A program made the translations under genes and the position numbers. The notes below the pieces were generated by a model. That model was not told the DNA's origin, ran no database searches, and saw only the letters and a list, made by a program, of their open reading frames with translations. A DNA stretch of 64,000 nt from a virus. Lineage: Duplodnaviria > Caudoviricetes. How positions within the stretch are numbered: position 1 is the stretch's first letter; every line of letters begins with the position of its first letter. Positions 16,981 through 26,134 of the stretch are shown piece after piece. Location of the stretch: IMG/VR virus record IMGVR_UViG_3300023174_000037, one strand, 5' to 3'.

Positions 16981-17052
16981 TTATACAGGGCTGTAGGGGT
17001 TCTTTGTAGTGTCATAACCATCGTCCTCTGGGTATACTGGATAAGGGTTCAT
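16981..17052 (-). CDS. 23 aa micro-ORF MNPYPVYPEDDGYDTTKNPYSPV
   Basis: ATG overlaps the TGA of the deaminase gene; hand-translated. Confidence 0.6.
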   Translation of the reverse strand: MNPYPVYPEDDGYDTTKNPYSPV

Positions 17053-17681
17053 TTTCCATCCACGTGTAATTGACTGCCTTTGTTGAAGCTGGGGCTAAAT
17101 GGACTCTGTGCCACACGCCCACCTTTGCTTTGACTCCATGCATAACCAGCACGATGACCTGAACAGTCTTTGGTGCAGGTTGATCCTAAGAAACTGAGTT
17201 CGTTTAGATCATCTTTTAAAAATGTATCAGCAAAGGCTTTGCATAATTTTTCAATTTTGGGATTGCGAGTAATTTCTATGTGATACTGTTTACGTATGCG
17301 TTCCTGGCTAGGATCTTGATAGCCGGCATAAACTTTATGAACACCAACATCGTCAACAAGATCACTACAGTTAATGCCCGCACGTTCGTCCATGTCCTGA
17401 GTGCATGGGCTACAAGTTGTGATAATAATGCTACCAGCAGGAATCTCGCCAAAGCGGGCATAGTAACTGTCTATGGCTGCACGTTCACCGTGAACACGCT
17501 TGCCATCTTTGGTAGGATAATTGATGCCTACTACACAATTGTTATCAGGATCTAACACTGCGGCTGCTACCATACCTAGGTCTTGATCTTTTTGTTGGCC
17601 TTGAATGACCATTTCGCAAAGACGCACTAGAATTTGATCTAGCTTGTTGTGATTGCTAATTTGAAAATCTGATATCTTCAT
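17049..17681 (-). CDS. cytidine/deoxycytidylate deaminase-fold protein with a C-terminal Cys module
   Basis: HGERAAI (HxE) and CSPC (CxxC) zinc motifs; tail CTKDCSGH after LNE. Confidence 0.8.
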   Translation of the reverse strand: MKISDFQISNHNKLDQILVRLCEMVIQGQQKDQDLGMVAAAVLDPDNNCVVGINYPTKDGKRVHGERAAIDSYYARFGEIPAGSIIITTCSPCTQDMDERAGINCSDLVDDVGVHKVYAGYQDPSQERIRKQYHIEITRNPKIEKLCKAFADTFLKDDLNELSFLGSTCTKDCSGHRAGYAWSQSKGGRVAQSPFSPSFNKGSQLHVDGK

Positions 17682-20600
17682 TAGGCACCAAGAATTTGTC
17701 GAACTTGATTGACATAAGCACTGACATCACTGGTGCCAATTTCATCTACGTCACCCACATTGTAGGCCACTTCCTCTGCGGCCTGCATGACCTTGTCGGG
17801 ACCAAACTTCATCAACAGGTCTGTGTGTGCAACCATGATACGATTTAAGATAGCACGTTCAACTGCTTCACTGGCAGTGCTGGATTCTTCTCTAACAGGA
17901 TCTTTTAGCTTGCCGTAACGTGCTTCTAAATCTTTAAGAGCTTGTTTAATAATTTGTTTGTTGGCTGGATTAGAATCAACTGCCATCATACGGAATAACT
18001 TGTCGCGTTGATCCAAATACTCTTTGCGTGTAGTGGGTTCTTTCATCAAGCCTTCCGCCACACCTTGGTCTTTGTGTTTCTTAACGTCATTGGCAAATTG
18101 TTTTTTGGTTGCCTTTATGATTCCTGCAAAACGTTTGTCACCACGCTCAAAGTTGCCTGCTTTGTCGGCAGCACCAGCATCAAGTGCTGCGGCCTGTTTG
18201 TATTGACTTAATTTTTCATTGCTTAATTCATTTACAGTAGGGTTAGCACCGGTCAAGCTCACAGTCCACTTCTTACCGCTTGTAGCAGATTTCTTTTCTG
18301 CCCAACGACGCATGCCGTTTAGGTAAGCACGTTCTTCGGCACTGTCGGCGTAGCCTTTGCCTGGCACAACTTTCCAAACTTTACCGTTGATGGCAATGGC
18401 AATGTTGTTTCGCTCGTGACCTAGTTCGTGTTGCAGTTCTTTGCGTTTGAACTCACGACGCTCGTGATCACCTAGGCCTTCGCCCATTTCCATGTCCTTA
18501 CGATCTTTAGCACGTTTACGAGCATAGTCAGTCTGTGGATTCTTGGGTACGGGTTTAACCGGACGGCCAGCATCTACGTCACGCTCGCGTTGACGACGTT
18601 TTTGATAATCTGTCTGTGCTTCCGCCATACCTTTTGGTTTTTTGTGATGCTTCTTCATGTTGATAGCAATGGCCGCCTGCTGTGCTGGATTGGCAGCTTC
18701 GTCCAGTTGATCATCTGAGAAAGCCATAAAGTCATATGGTCCCCAGGGTTGGCCTGTGCGACCGTCATTGCCATCTAGATCACCATGCTCATAGTAGTCG
18801 TCACTGTAGATTTCTACACCGTCAAAGTCACTATTGTAATCAATATGTAGTTTACGTGTGACACCGTCGGGACAAACAATGCCACGATTCAGCAGGCGCT
18901 CTACGTCTTCTTTGCTCTTGATTCCTTTTTGCAAACTGCCAGTGTTGAATGTGCCATTGTACCAAGCACTGGCTAAAGCCTGGAAGTAATTGCCTGAGCC
19001 ACTTCCACCTGCAGGGGCAAATTCTTTTAAAGAGTTGCTTTTTGCTTTGGCAGCCGCTTCACGCTTCTTGCGGAAGATCTCACGGAAGTAATCATCATCT
19101 TCTTCCGGGCTGTAAGGATATGGATTGTGGTCACTACTGGGTCGTTTACGAGGTATATCTCCAGGACGGTCGTAATCAATGCCCGGCAAATCTTCCGGTC
19201 TAGCTTCTTCAACTTTGCCGGCGTTACGAGCTTTCCATGCAGTGGCATAGGCAATAGCTTTATCTTTGTCACTTAACCGGCCGTCTTTGCTCAAACTCTT
19301 TTTAATATGCTTGACCATACGTTCAGCTTTGGCACCAGGAGGAGCCACTTCTGTTACACCTTTGGCCTTGGCTTCTCGATCCAAATCTAGTCTACGTTGT
19401 AGGACAGCCGCTTGGTCAACATCTTTGTTCATTGACAAATCTTGTAAGGCTTTGCGTTTGGCCGCATAATCACCTTGAGGATCCTTTGAATTTAGTGCTG
19501 TTTCGGCTACCCGGTGGTTTATGCTCTCACCACCACCGTCTCCGCCGCCGTCACCTGATTCGCCGCCTCCATAATATGCATAGCCAGGAAAGAAATAACC
19601 TCCCATTGCTTTTGAAGATTTTTTCTTTTTCTTTTTCTTGCCTTCTGCTACACCTTCATCATACCAATCATTTTCTTCCTCTTGGTCAGCGTAATCATTA
19701 TAAGCAACATCACTTAGGTGCATACTGTGTTTGCCGTGATTGTATAAGTCCACAATAACAAATGAGCCACTTGGACTGAAATCATATATCTCACCAGTCT
19801 TGCCTTCAAACTCATTGGGTGCTATTACCACAACTGGATCGCCACGTTGTAGGCGTTGGCCTTCGTTTATAGCTTCTGCTGCTCGTTTTAAACTCTGAAC
19901 AGGCGGTTGTGTTTCTGCATCGTTGTCTGGAAATAAGTCAACCACATTACCACCTCTCATGCTAGCGGGTGCTGGATTATTGTTAATACCTTGAACTTGT
20001 CTTGGTTGTGACAAACTCCGAGCCATTTGACTCATCGCATTGGATTTTGATTTAAATTGTTGCACAGGCTCAGCTGGTTCAGCTTTGGCTGCAGGTTGGG
20101 CTTGGGGTTCTGCATCTGCAGGAGCATTTGGAATTAAATTAATTGCTCGAGATTGCGATCTATCAGTAGTATCAGTGCCGTCGGACTGACCTTGTCCGCT
20201 CATTTGGCCAATGGTCTGTGCTAGTTTTGCATTGGTTTGTTCTACATTTGCTAGTTGTTGTTCCAGACGGTCGTTTTCATTATCTAAACTGCCAATTTCT
20301 TTGCCTTGTTTTCGATCCAGAGCCACTAGCTGTTGTAGCAGTCGATCTTGTTCGGTGTTGGCACCTTTGATAGCCGACAATTGTTGTTGGCTTCGCTCGT
20401 TGGAATCTATTTCACTTTTGGCCACAGCTTCCACATCGCTTCGCGCCGCAGGATATTGAGCACGAAGTTTTTGTAACTCTCTAGCAACTTTAACATCGCC
20501 AGCGGCTACATCCGAATTGGAGTTAAACTTTTTTTTTTCTTGTAGTGGCAGTTCGCCCTGGGTAGGAATGCCTGGAAGTTCGGGCTGGACTGCACTATGC

Positions 20601-21376
20601 CAACCTAATCGTTTCAAAGTGGTCACGACTTCATCTGCGCTGGGCAATACACGATAGATAAAATGATTTTTCATTTGATCATTTTCTAAGCCATCGTAAT
20701 AGTCGCTGATCAAGTCAAGGCCTTTTTTATCTAAATGAATGTTGTCTTTGGGGTTAGGAAATTCTAATGTAACACTAGGAATATTACCCATGTTGGCTTT
20801 AAGTAATCGTTGGAAGTTGCCTACACCAAATGCTCTAGGCGACTGTGGGTAATCTCCATATGGGCTTTTTTCTTCACGAAATGCTTCTGGTGGGTTTTCT
20901 TTGAGCATACGCTCAACTTGTGCAACATAAGCACTGACATCACTTGAACCAATTTCGTCAACATCGCCCACATAGTCGGCCACATTGTCAATGGCTGCAC
21001 CTACCAGTTCAGGACCGTATTGTTTTAATAAATCGTGACGTTGCATCAAAATACGACGAGTGATTGCGCTGGCCACTGGACTGTCGTGTTGCTCATCCAA
21101 CTTGCCTTTAGTTGTGCCCAGACTTCCTGTAGGGTCCATACCGGTGGCAGGATTAATTTTAAAGTAGCTGTCACGTTCGGCTTTGATCTTTTGAAATTGT
21201 TTCTTAAGTCCAGCCAATGCCGCAGGATTCTTTTTGTAAGCAGGTTCTTTGGCACTATCTAACAGTTCTAACATTCGCATGTTTAGGTCATCAATGCGGC
21301 GAGCTTCAAGGTTGTCTACTGCACCTTCTTTGAGTTCTCGTTCATATTTTGTGTTGAATAGGTCTAATGCAAACAT
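17681..21376 (-). CDS. 1231 aa modular putative internal head polyprotein
   Basis: String of short unrelated modules, many starting right after [VLIM]xE; one domain is duplicated at both ends. Confidence 0.75.
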   Translation of the reverse strand: MFALDLFNTKYERELKEGAVDNLEARRIDDLNMRMLELLDSAKEPAYKKNPAALAGLKKQFQKIKAERDSYFKINPATGMDPTGSLGTTKGKLDEQHDSPVASAITRRILMQRHDLLKQYGPELVGAAIDNVADYVGDVDEIGSSDVSAYVAQVERMLKENPPEAFREEKSPYGDYPQSPRAFGVGNFQRLLKANMGNIPSVTLEFPNPKDNIHLDKKGLDLISDYYDGLENDQMKNHFIYRVLPSADEVVTTLKRLGWHSAVQPELPGIPTQGELPLQEKKKFNSNSDVAAGDVKVARELQKLRAQYPAARSDVEAVAKSEIDSNERSQQQLSAIKGANTEQDRLLQQLVALDRKQGKEIGSLDNENDRLEQQLANVEQTNAKLAQTIGQMSGQGQSDGTDTTDRSQSRAINLIPNAPADAEPQAQPAAKAEPAEPVQQFKSKSNAMSQMARSLSQPRQVQGINNNPAPASMRGGNVVDLFPDNDAETQPPVQSLKRAAEAINEGQRLQRGDPVVVIAPNEFEGKTGEIYDFSPSGSFVIVDLYNHGKHSMHLSDVAYNDYADQEEENDWYDEGVAEGKKKKKKKSSKAMGGYFFPGYAYYGGGESGDGGGDGGGESINHRVAETALNSKDPQGDYAAKRKALQDLSMNKDVDQAAVLQRRLDLDREAKAKGVTEVAPPGAKAERMVKHIKKSLSKDGRLSDKDKAIAYATAWKARNAGKVEEARPEDLPGIDYDRPGDIPRKRPSSDHNPYPYSPEEDDDYFREIFRKKREAAAKAKSNSLKEFAPAGGSGSGNYFQALASAWYNGTFNTGSLQKGIKSKEDVERLLNRGIVCPDGVTRKLHIDYNSDFDGVEIYSDDYYEHGDLDGNDGRTGQPWGPYDFMAFSDDQLDEAANPAQQAAIAINMKKHHKKPKGMAEAQTDYQKRRQRERDVDAGRPVKPVPKNPQTDYARKRAKDRKDMEMGEGLGDHERREFKRKELQHELGHERNNIAIAINGKVWKVVPGKGYADSAEERAYLNGMRRWAEKKSATSGKKWTVSLTGANPTVNELSNEKLSQYKQAAALDAGAADKAGNFERGDKRFAGIIKATKKQFANDVKKHKDQGVAEGLMKEPTTRKEYLDQRDKLFRMMAVDSNPANKQIIKQALKDLEARYGKLKDPVREESSTASEAVERAILNRIMVAHTDLLMKFGPDKVMQAAEEVAYNVGDVDEIGTSDVSAYVNQVRQILGA

Positions 21377-21386
21377 TTATTTTTCC

Positions 21387-22082
21387 TTATGCTTCGTCAA
21401 TGTAATCTGCTGAGTCGTTGATCTTGCGACGACGTGCCGCGAACATTTCCAAGGCCATCTCAGCCTCATCTAAATTTTTAAAACGTGTGGGCAATCGACG
21501 ATTGCCGTGGCGGATTTCAAAGCCAGTTTTTTCGTTGCCGTGAACTTCAAACATGCCACATTCGTTGGTAATGACTTTAACTGCAGCTGATTCTTTCATA
21601 CTGACACCTTCTTCACCTGGTGGCTGTTGGGCAGGAACAACACCACTCAAGGCCGAGTCTAGTTCGCCTTCGGTTTCTTTGACTTTTTGTTGTTTGGCAA
21701 CAAGAGCACGGTCCACTGTGCTTTTTTCTTTTATATCAGTGTCTTCGTGCTTTTTGTCTTTGAGATCTGAATCTTGGCGAATTTCGTCAGTGACCGTTTT
21801 TAAATAGTCAGCAAATGAAGATTTAACTCGATCCAAAACATCTTCACTGGTAATGGCTTCCTCCAACGGCTCTTCGTCATTTTCGACACTTTCTTCGGCA
21901 CCACCGACTAGTTTGCCAGCCATGGGATTTTTAGGATCTGTTTTGGCTGTGAGCACTGCTACAGTTTTGGGTTTGAATGTAGGGCCAAGTTGGTTTACAC
22001 TTCGTTGATTCGTGTTTAATCCTTCTTCGATAACACGAAGACGTTCAACAATGGTGTATATACTGTTATGGTCGTGTGCCAT
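21387..22082 (-). CDS. hypothetical protein (possible head core/scaffold-like)
   Basis: 231 aa, Glu-rich, within the polyprotein cluster. Confidence 0.7.
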   Translation of the reverse strand: MAHDHNSIYTIVERLRVIEEGLNTNQRSVNQLGPTFKPKTVAVLTAKTDPKNPMAGKLVGGAEESVENDEEPLEEAITSEDVLDRVKSSFADYLKTVTDEIRQDSDLKDKKHEDTDIKEKSTVDRALVAKQQKVKETEGELDSALSGVVPAQQPPGEEGVSMKESAAVKVITNECGMFEVHGNEKTGFEIRHGNRRLPTRFKNLDEAEMALEMFAARRRKINDSADYIDEA

Positions 22083-22085
22083 AGA

Positions 22086-22526
22086 TCATGCCCTTGCGTC
22101 CTTCAAATAACTCTTTAACTGCCACATGTATTTGCCATGACTGCTTTGGCGTTCTGCGGCAAAGTTTGCAACATCTTCACGACCTTCGGCACTGGCAGCA
22201 TCAAATACTTGCTTGCTCATGTCGACCATGGTCTGTGTATCTGCGAGTAATTCTTGTAACATTAATCGGGCACGAGGAACCTTGATCTGGTCCTGTATTT
22301 GTGATAATTCTTGGAAACGATTTAGGCTTCCTGGGGCATATTCTTCTGTGGTACGGATGTATTCAGCAATGGGATCCACAGCTGAATAAGCGTCTTCGTA
22401 GATTTTTTGGAAAAACTTGTGTAATTGACCAAAGTCTGGACCCTCCACGTTCCAGTGAAACATGTGGGCCTTTAAGTAATAGGCAAATGTTGAGGCCAAG
22501 TAAGTTTTTAACAAATCTGCTAGCAT
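22086..22526 (-). CDS. dps: Dps/ferritin-like DNA protection protein
   Basis: HMFHWNVEGPDFGQLHKFF, DPIAEYIR ferroxidase pattern, WQL. Confidence 0.92.
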   Translation of the reverse strand: MLADLLKTYLASTFAYYLKAHMFHWNVEGPDFGQLHKFFQKIYEDAYSAVDPIAEYIRTTEEYAPGSLNRFQELSQIQDQIKVPRARLMLQELLADTQTMVDMSKQVFDAASAEGREDVANFAAERQSSHGKYMWQLKSYLKDARA

Positions 22527-22732
22527 TATTTCTTCCGTTTATACTTTTTATACTCTGCAGGCGTGTTGGGCGTTGCATCGTCAGTAGTGTATTTAGCGCC
22601 AGAAAAGAAAGAACCACCATTTCTTGATAATGTAGTGCCTAACGGCATACTAACTGTGGCTATGCTGCCGCTGGTAGTGCTGGCCGTACTGGCGCCATCT
22701 TCTTGTAAGTTAACAAATTCATGCAATCTCAT
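22526..22732 (-). CDS. small hypothetical protein with CTS-like N-terminus
   Basis: MRLHEFVNLQE followed by a Ser/Thr/Gly-rich segment and a basic tail. Confidence 0.7.
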   Translation of the reverse strand: MRLHEFVNLQEDGASTASTTSGSIATVSMPLGTTLSRNGGSFFSGAKYTTDDATPNTPAEYKKYKRKK

Positions 22733-23028
22733 TGGTATGGGGCCTCGTCAATAATTGTTAGAACATTATTTTTTATAGTTCCAGGACCAAAATCCACACG
22801 CATATCTGTTACAGTTAGCCAGGCCAAGTGCGGCAAAACCAATTCATGACGTATTGTGTATTCACCAGGTTCGGCTTCAATTTGTAACAGTTCTTCAAGA
22901 TAATGCTCGGTCCAGCGCCAGGTGCGTTCAGCAAATAATTCATCGTTGACATAGGTACGATAAATGGGTTGAAAACTTTCCCATTCGCAATCAATATTAC
23001 ACAGCACCCGTATGAATTGTTTGGACAT
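22729..23028 (-). CDS. hypothetical protein
   Basis: 99 aa; TAAATA lies 4 nt before the ATG. Confidence 0.75.
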   Translation of the reverse strand: MSKQFIRVLCNIDCEWESFQPIYRTYVNDELFAERTWRWTEHYLEELLQIEAEPGEYTIRHELVLPHLAWLTVTDMRVDFGPGTIKNNVLTIIDEAPYQ

Positions 23029-23046
23029 GCTGTATTTAGTAGCGTT

Positions 23047-23235
23047 TTATTTGACTTCTTTTACACTGCCAACATGCCATTCTTCTACACCGTATTGTGC
23101 CCGCATTAACCTACGTGCTTCTGTGGCATTGGCGGCGGTTACAGTGACATCAATCCAGCCCACATAGTTGGGTTGTTGTATCCGGACCTGTGCAGTCCAT
23201 AATTTATACTTGGGGTATATGTCTCGGGCTTTCAT
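23047..23235 (-). CDS. small hypothetical protein
   Basis: MKARDIYPK start overlaps the stop of the upstream gene (ATGA). Confidence 0.7.
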   Translation of the reverse strand: MKARDIYPKYKLWTAQVRIQQPNYVGWIDVTVTAANATEARRLMRAQYGVEEWHVGSVKEVK

Positions 23236-25256
23236 CGTCCAGTCCATTTAGCTATCATACTAACACGGTTACTGCTATAAATGCCAGTGCCACGTCGTGT
23301 GCTACGCATACTACGTCGACCGGGCTCTACAGGAAATGTGTATCGAGTCCATGTGGCATTTTGATCTACAATTTGATCACCGCGTTTCTGGCGATAATCT
23401 TCAGTGGGCTCCATTGCATAACCCTTGACTTCTACACCCGGAATTGAATTTAACATGAGCCACATGGCTTGTCCAAATTTGGTCTGTGTTTCTCCGGTTT
23501 CAAGCGTGAGTTTAAGGATCGTGAGAGCAATACCATACAATGCTTTGCCCAGCCCGCGCCCACGATAATCAGGATCATTGGCCACAGTTTCTACACGCCA
23601 GGTTTTAAGCGGATCAAGGGTGGCACTAAGATCAAGTTCTGCGACCAATGTATCTCCATCAAAGATCATGATTTCCAAAAACTCAGGATCTTTTCGGTTC
23701 ACCGCATAAGAGAATTGACTACCACCTGGCAAGGGTTTAGTTTTGGGCTTTTTTGCCATGGGCATCAGTGTGTCCTTATCACCAAAGTCGCCTTGTGGTA
23801 TGCGGGCTATTTCATCTAACTCTGTTTCCCATACACGTTTACTACCGCGATTCTTATTCCAAAAATGTTTTCCGGCATCAGTCTGCTCGTGACTGCGTTT
23901 TACTTGATAGCCAAGATCTTTGGCATAATCATACATGACAGCCGCAATACCTTGTCCACGATATGCTTCATCAACTAATAAATCCCGTGCTATTAACGTT
24001 TTGCCCGCAACATCAAATACTACTCGTGCTAGATTACGGCCATGTGTATCTGCATCAATTGTTAATTCATTTCCATATTTGTGTGCTGTTAAATCAAGTC
24101 CATCTCTATATGCTTGTTTAACTGCAGGTTCGGCATCTTCAATGATGCCAGTGCTACGACGTAAGCGTAAATCAAAGTCTACATCAGAAATATAGTTACG
24201 AATAAACTTTTCATAATACTGTTGTGCAAGAGCCGGAGTATCAGCTTCAAAACGATCTACTATCTGTGAGCCGCCAGCAGGACGATCAGCGTGATAAATT
24301 TCATAGCCTTTGTTCAAGCGTTCTCTAGCTTGACTCATACGGTCCATTCTGTTACTGACTTGACGGTCAGCACGACTCAAATAACTTTGTAATCGTTCAT
24401 CGCTGATTTCATTGACATCTTGTTTACGAACTGGCTTCCAATGGAATACTGTCATGCCCATGCTGGGATATTCTTCATGCGCCCACTTTGGTCCTAAAAT
24501 GTTCTGCACCACTGGTACAAAGTATTTGCGATACAGGTTGGCGCGGTTGTCACCTTTGGCAGTAAATGATACGCCAGGCGGGCGAGTCTTGGCAATGTAT
24601 TCAGGCAATTGTTGTTTGATCACGTTGAGCACTGTGCTCAATATTCGAACAGTTGACTTACTAGCACTTGTAGGCTGACTTGGAGCATCATAGTCGCTGT
24701 TTACAGTAAATGTAATGTGTAAGGTACCGTTAAATTCGCTGCGATCAAAGAACACATCCACCCAATGTCCATCCACAGTAGAGTGAAACAAACTGCGTTT
24801 TCTTTTGCGGTTGGGTTTGTAGTCAGCTGGTGCGTTGCCTAATTCTGTAAGTTGTTGAACCGGCGCCCAGGCCTGTATATCTGATCTATTCAACAGGTTG
24901 GCGGCGGCCCAAGCTCTGTGATTGCCATCTATGATCCAACCTTTGGAGTCTACCACAATAGGTCTACGATCCACAAAGTTTGCACTATATTCACCCGCAT
25001 GGTCAGGGTCTACAGTTTGCACTCGATTGTATGGATCTTGTTCGGGCTCTTGTTCTTCGTCATCGTACTCTTGATCAGGTATGTGCAAACTGTTTAATGC
25101 AACACGTCGTAGTTCATACTGCGGATAGCGCAGGATCAATTTTTTTAAAAATCCACCACCCTGTTGGTCTTTGGGGTGTATGCCATCTACATAATTCCAC
25201 ACCTGTTCAGCTGACACAACTTTGGCAGATTCAATGACAAATTCACGGGCTTTCAT
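23232..25256 (-). CDS. 674 aa modular protein: ParB/Srx-like domain plus two GNAT acetyltransferase domains
   Basis: PIVVD...IIDGNHR (ParB); YRGQGIA and YRGRGLG (GNAT motif A); N-terminus MKAREFVIE. Confidence 0.8.
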   Translation of the reverse strand: MKAREFVIESAKVVSAEQVWNYVDGIHPKDQQGGGFLKKLILRYPQYELRRVALNSLHIPDQEYDDEEQEPEQDPYNRVQTVDPDHAGEYSANFVDRRPIVVDSKGWIIDGNHRAWAAANLLNRSDIQAWAPVQQLTELGNAPADYKPNRKRKRSLFHSTVDGHWVDVFFDRSEFNGTLHITFTVNSDYDAPSQPTSASKSTVRILSTVLNVIKQQLPEYIAKTRPPGVSFTAKGDNRANLYRKYFVPVVQNILGPKWAHEEYPSMGMTVFHWKPVRKQDVNEISDERLQSYLSRADRQVSNRMDRMSQARERLNKGYEIYHADRPAGGSQIVDRFEADTPALAQQYYEKFIRNYISDVDFDLRLRRSTGIIEDAEPAVKQAYRDGLDLTAHKYGNELTIDADTHGRNLARVVFDVAGKTLIARDLLVDEAYRGQGIAAVMYDYAKDLGYQVKRSHEQTDAGKHFWNKNRGSKRVWETELDEIARIPQGDFGDKDTLMPMAKKPKTKPLPGGSQFSYAVNRKDPEFLEIMIFDGDTLVAELDLSATLDPLKTWRVETVANDPDYRGRGLGKALYGIALTILKLTLETGETQTKFGQAMWLMLNSIPGVEVKGYAMEPTEDYRQKRGDQIVDQNATWTRYTFPVEPGRRSMRSTRRGTGIYSSNRVSMIAKWTGR

Positions 25257-26134
25257 CGCATAGCCACCTGATAAGATTTAAATTGGTCCTGTCGTGACTG
25301 TAGACCTTTTGATGCAGGATTGATTTTTTTAGTAACCGCATTAGTATTACTAAAGTCTTTGATTTTTGGAGCAACACGATTTTGCCAATACCATACAGCT
25401 ACCTTGGCGGCAACGTCGGGTCTAGCCGCCAGGTCTGGCTGTTGTGCTAGAGGTAGTCCTAGCGCGGCACCAGCACGAGTGTAATTGTCACGGCCGGTTA
25501 ATTGTATATAACCACGTCCTTTGTAGCGTTCGCCGTCGCCTTTGACTTTGTTGCCTAAGATCTTGGCCTTGCGTGGATTTTGTTCATATTTTTTAGTAAA
25601 GTAAGCTGGGCTACCACGTTCTTCCATGCTGGCAAAGTTTGCACTCTCATGAGCACATTGCGCCAAGAACTGTGCCAGTTCTGTGCCTTGGATGCCACTG
25701 GCCATGGCAACAGATCGTAATTGATTAACTGGACCTGCTTGTTGTGCAGGAGCTTGCACTTGTGCAACAGGCGCCTTTGCTTGTGGAGTTGGTGCGGTCA
25801 TTTTTGCATTGGCTGCGCTGCCACCCAAGGCCATTGCTCCGGCTAAGGCGGCACCACCTAACGCACTCTTCCAACCTTCTTCTAAGTCTTCTAGTTCTTC
25901 AGCTGGCCAACTAATAAAACTGTTACCGTTAACATCGCCAGCGCGAACAACAAATGCGCCGCCGTTGTCATAACCTTCGTCTTGACCAATCTCCCAGCCC
26001 ATTGCAGACAGAGCACGTTCAGCACGTGGATCTTCGTCACCTTGCCACCACTGTGCGGCTAACCGGTGTAGTATTTCTTCTTCATTGGGCTCTCTATCGT
26101 CACCACCTGCGGATGCAAATTCATACAGTCTCAT
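25253..26134 (-). CDS. modular protein with C-terminal GH19 (chitinase class I/lysozyme-like) domain
   Basis: QFLAQCAHES, YKGRGYIQLTGRDNY, VAVWYW, VTKKIN. Confidence 0.9.
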   Translation of the reverse strand: MRLYEFASAGGDDREPNEEEILHRLAAQWWQGDEDPRAERALSAMGWEIGQDEGYDNGGAFVVRAGDVNGNSFISWPAEELEDLEEGWKSALGGAALAGAMALGGSAANAKMTAPTPQAKAPVAQVQAPAQQAGPVNQLRSVAMASGIQGTELAQFLAQCAHESANFASMEERGSPAYFTKKYEQNPRKAKILGNKVKGDGERYKGRGYIQLTGRDNYTRAGAALGLPLAQQPDLAARPDVAAKVAVWYWQNRVAPKIKDFSNTNAVTKKINPASKGLQSRQDQFKSYQVAMR

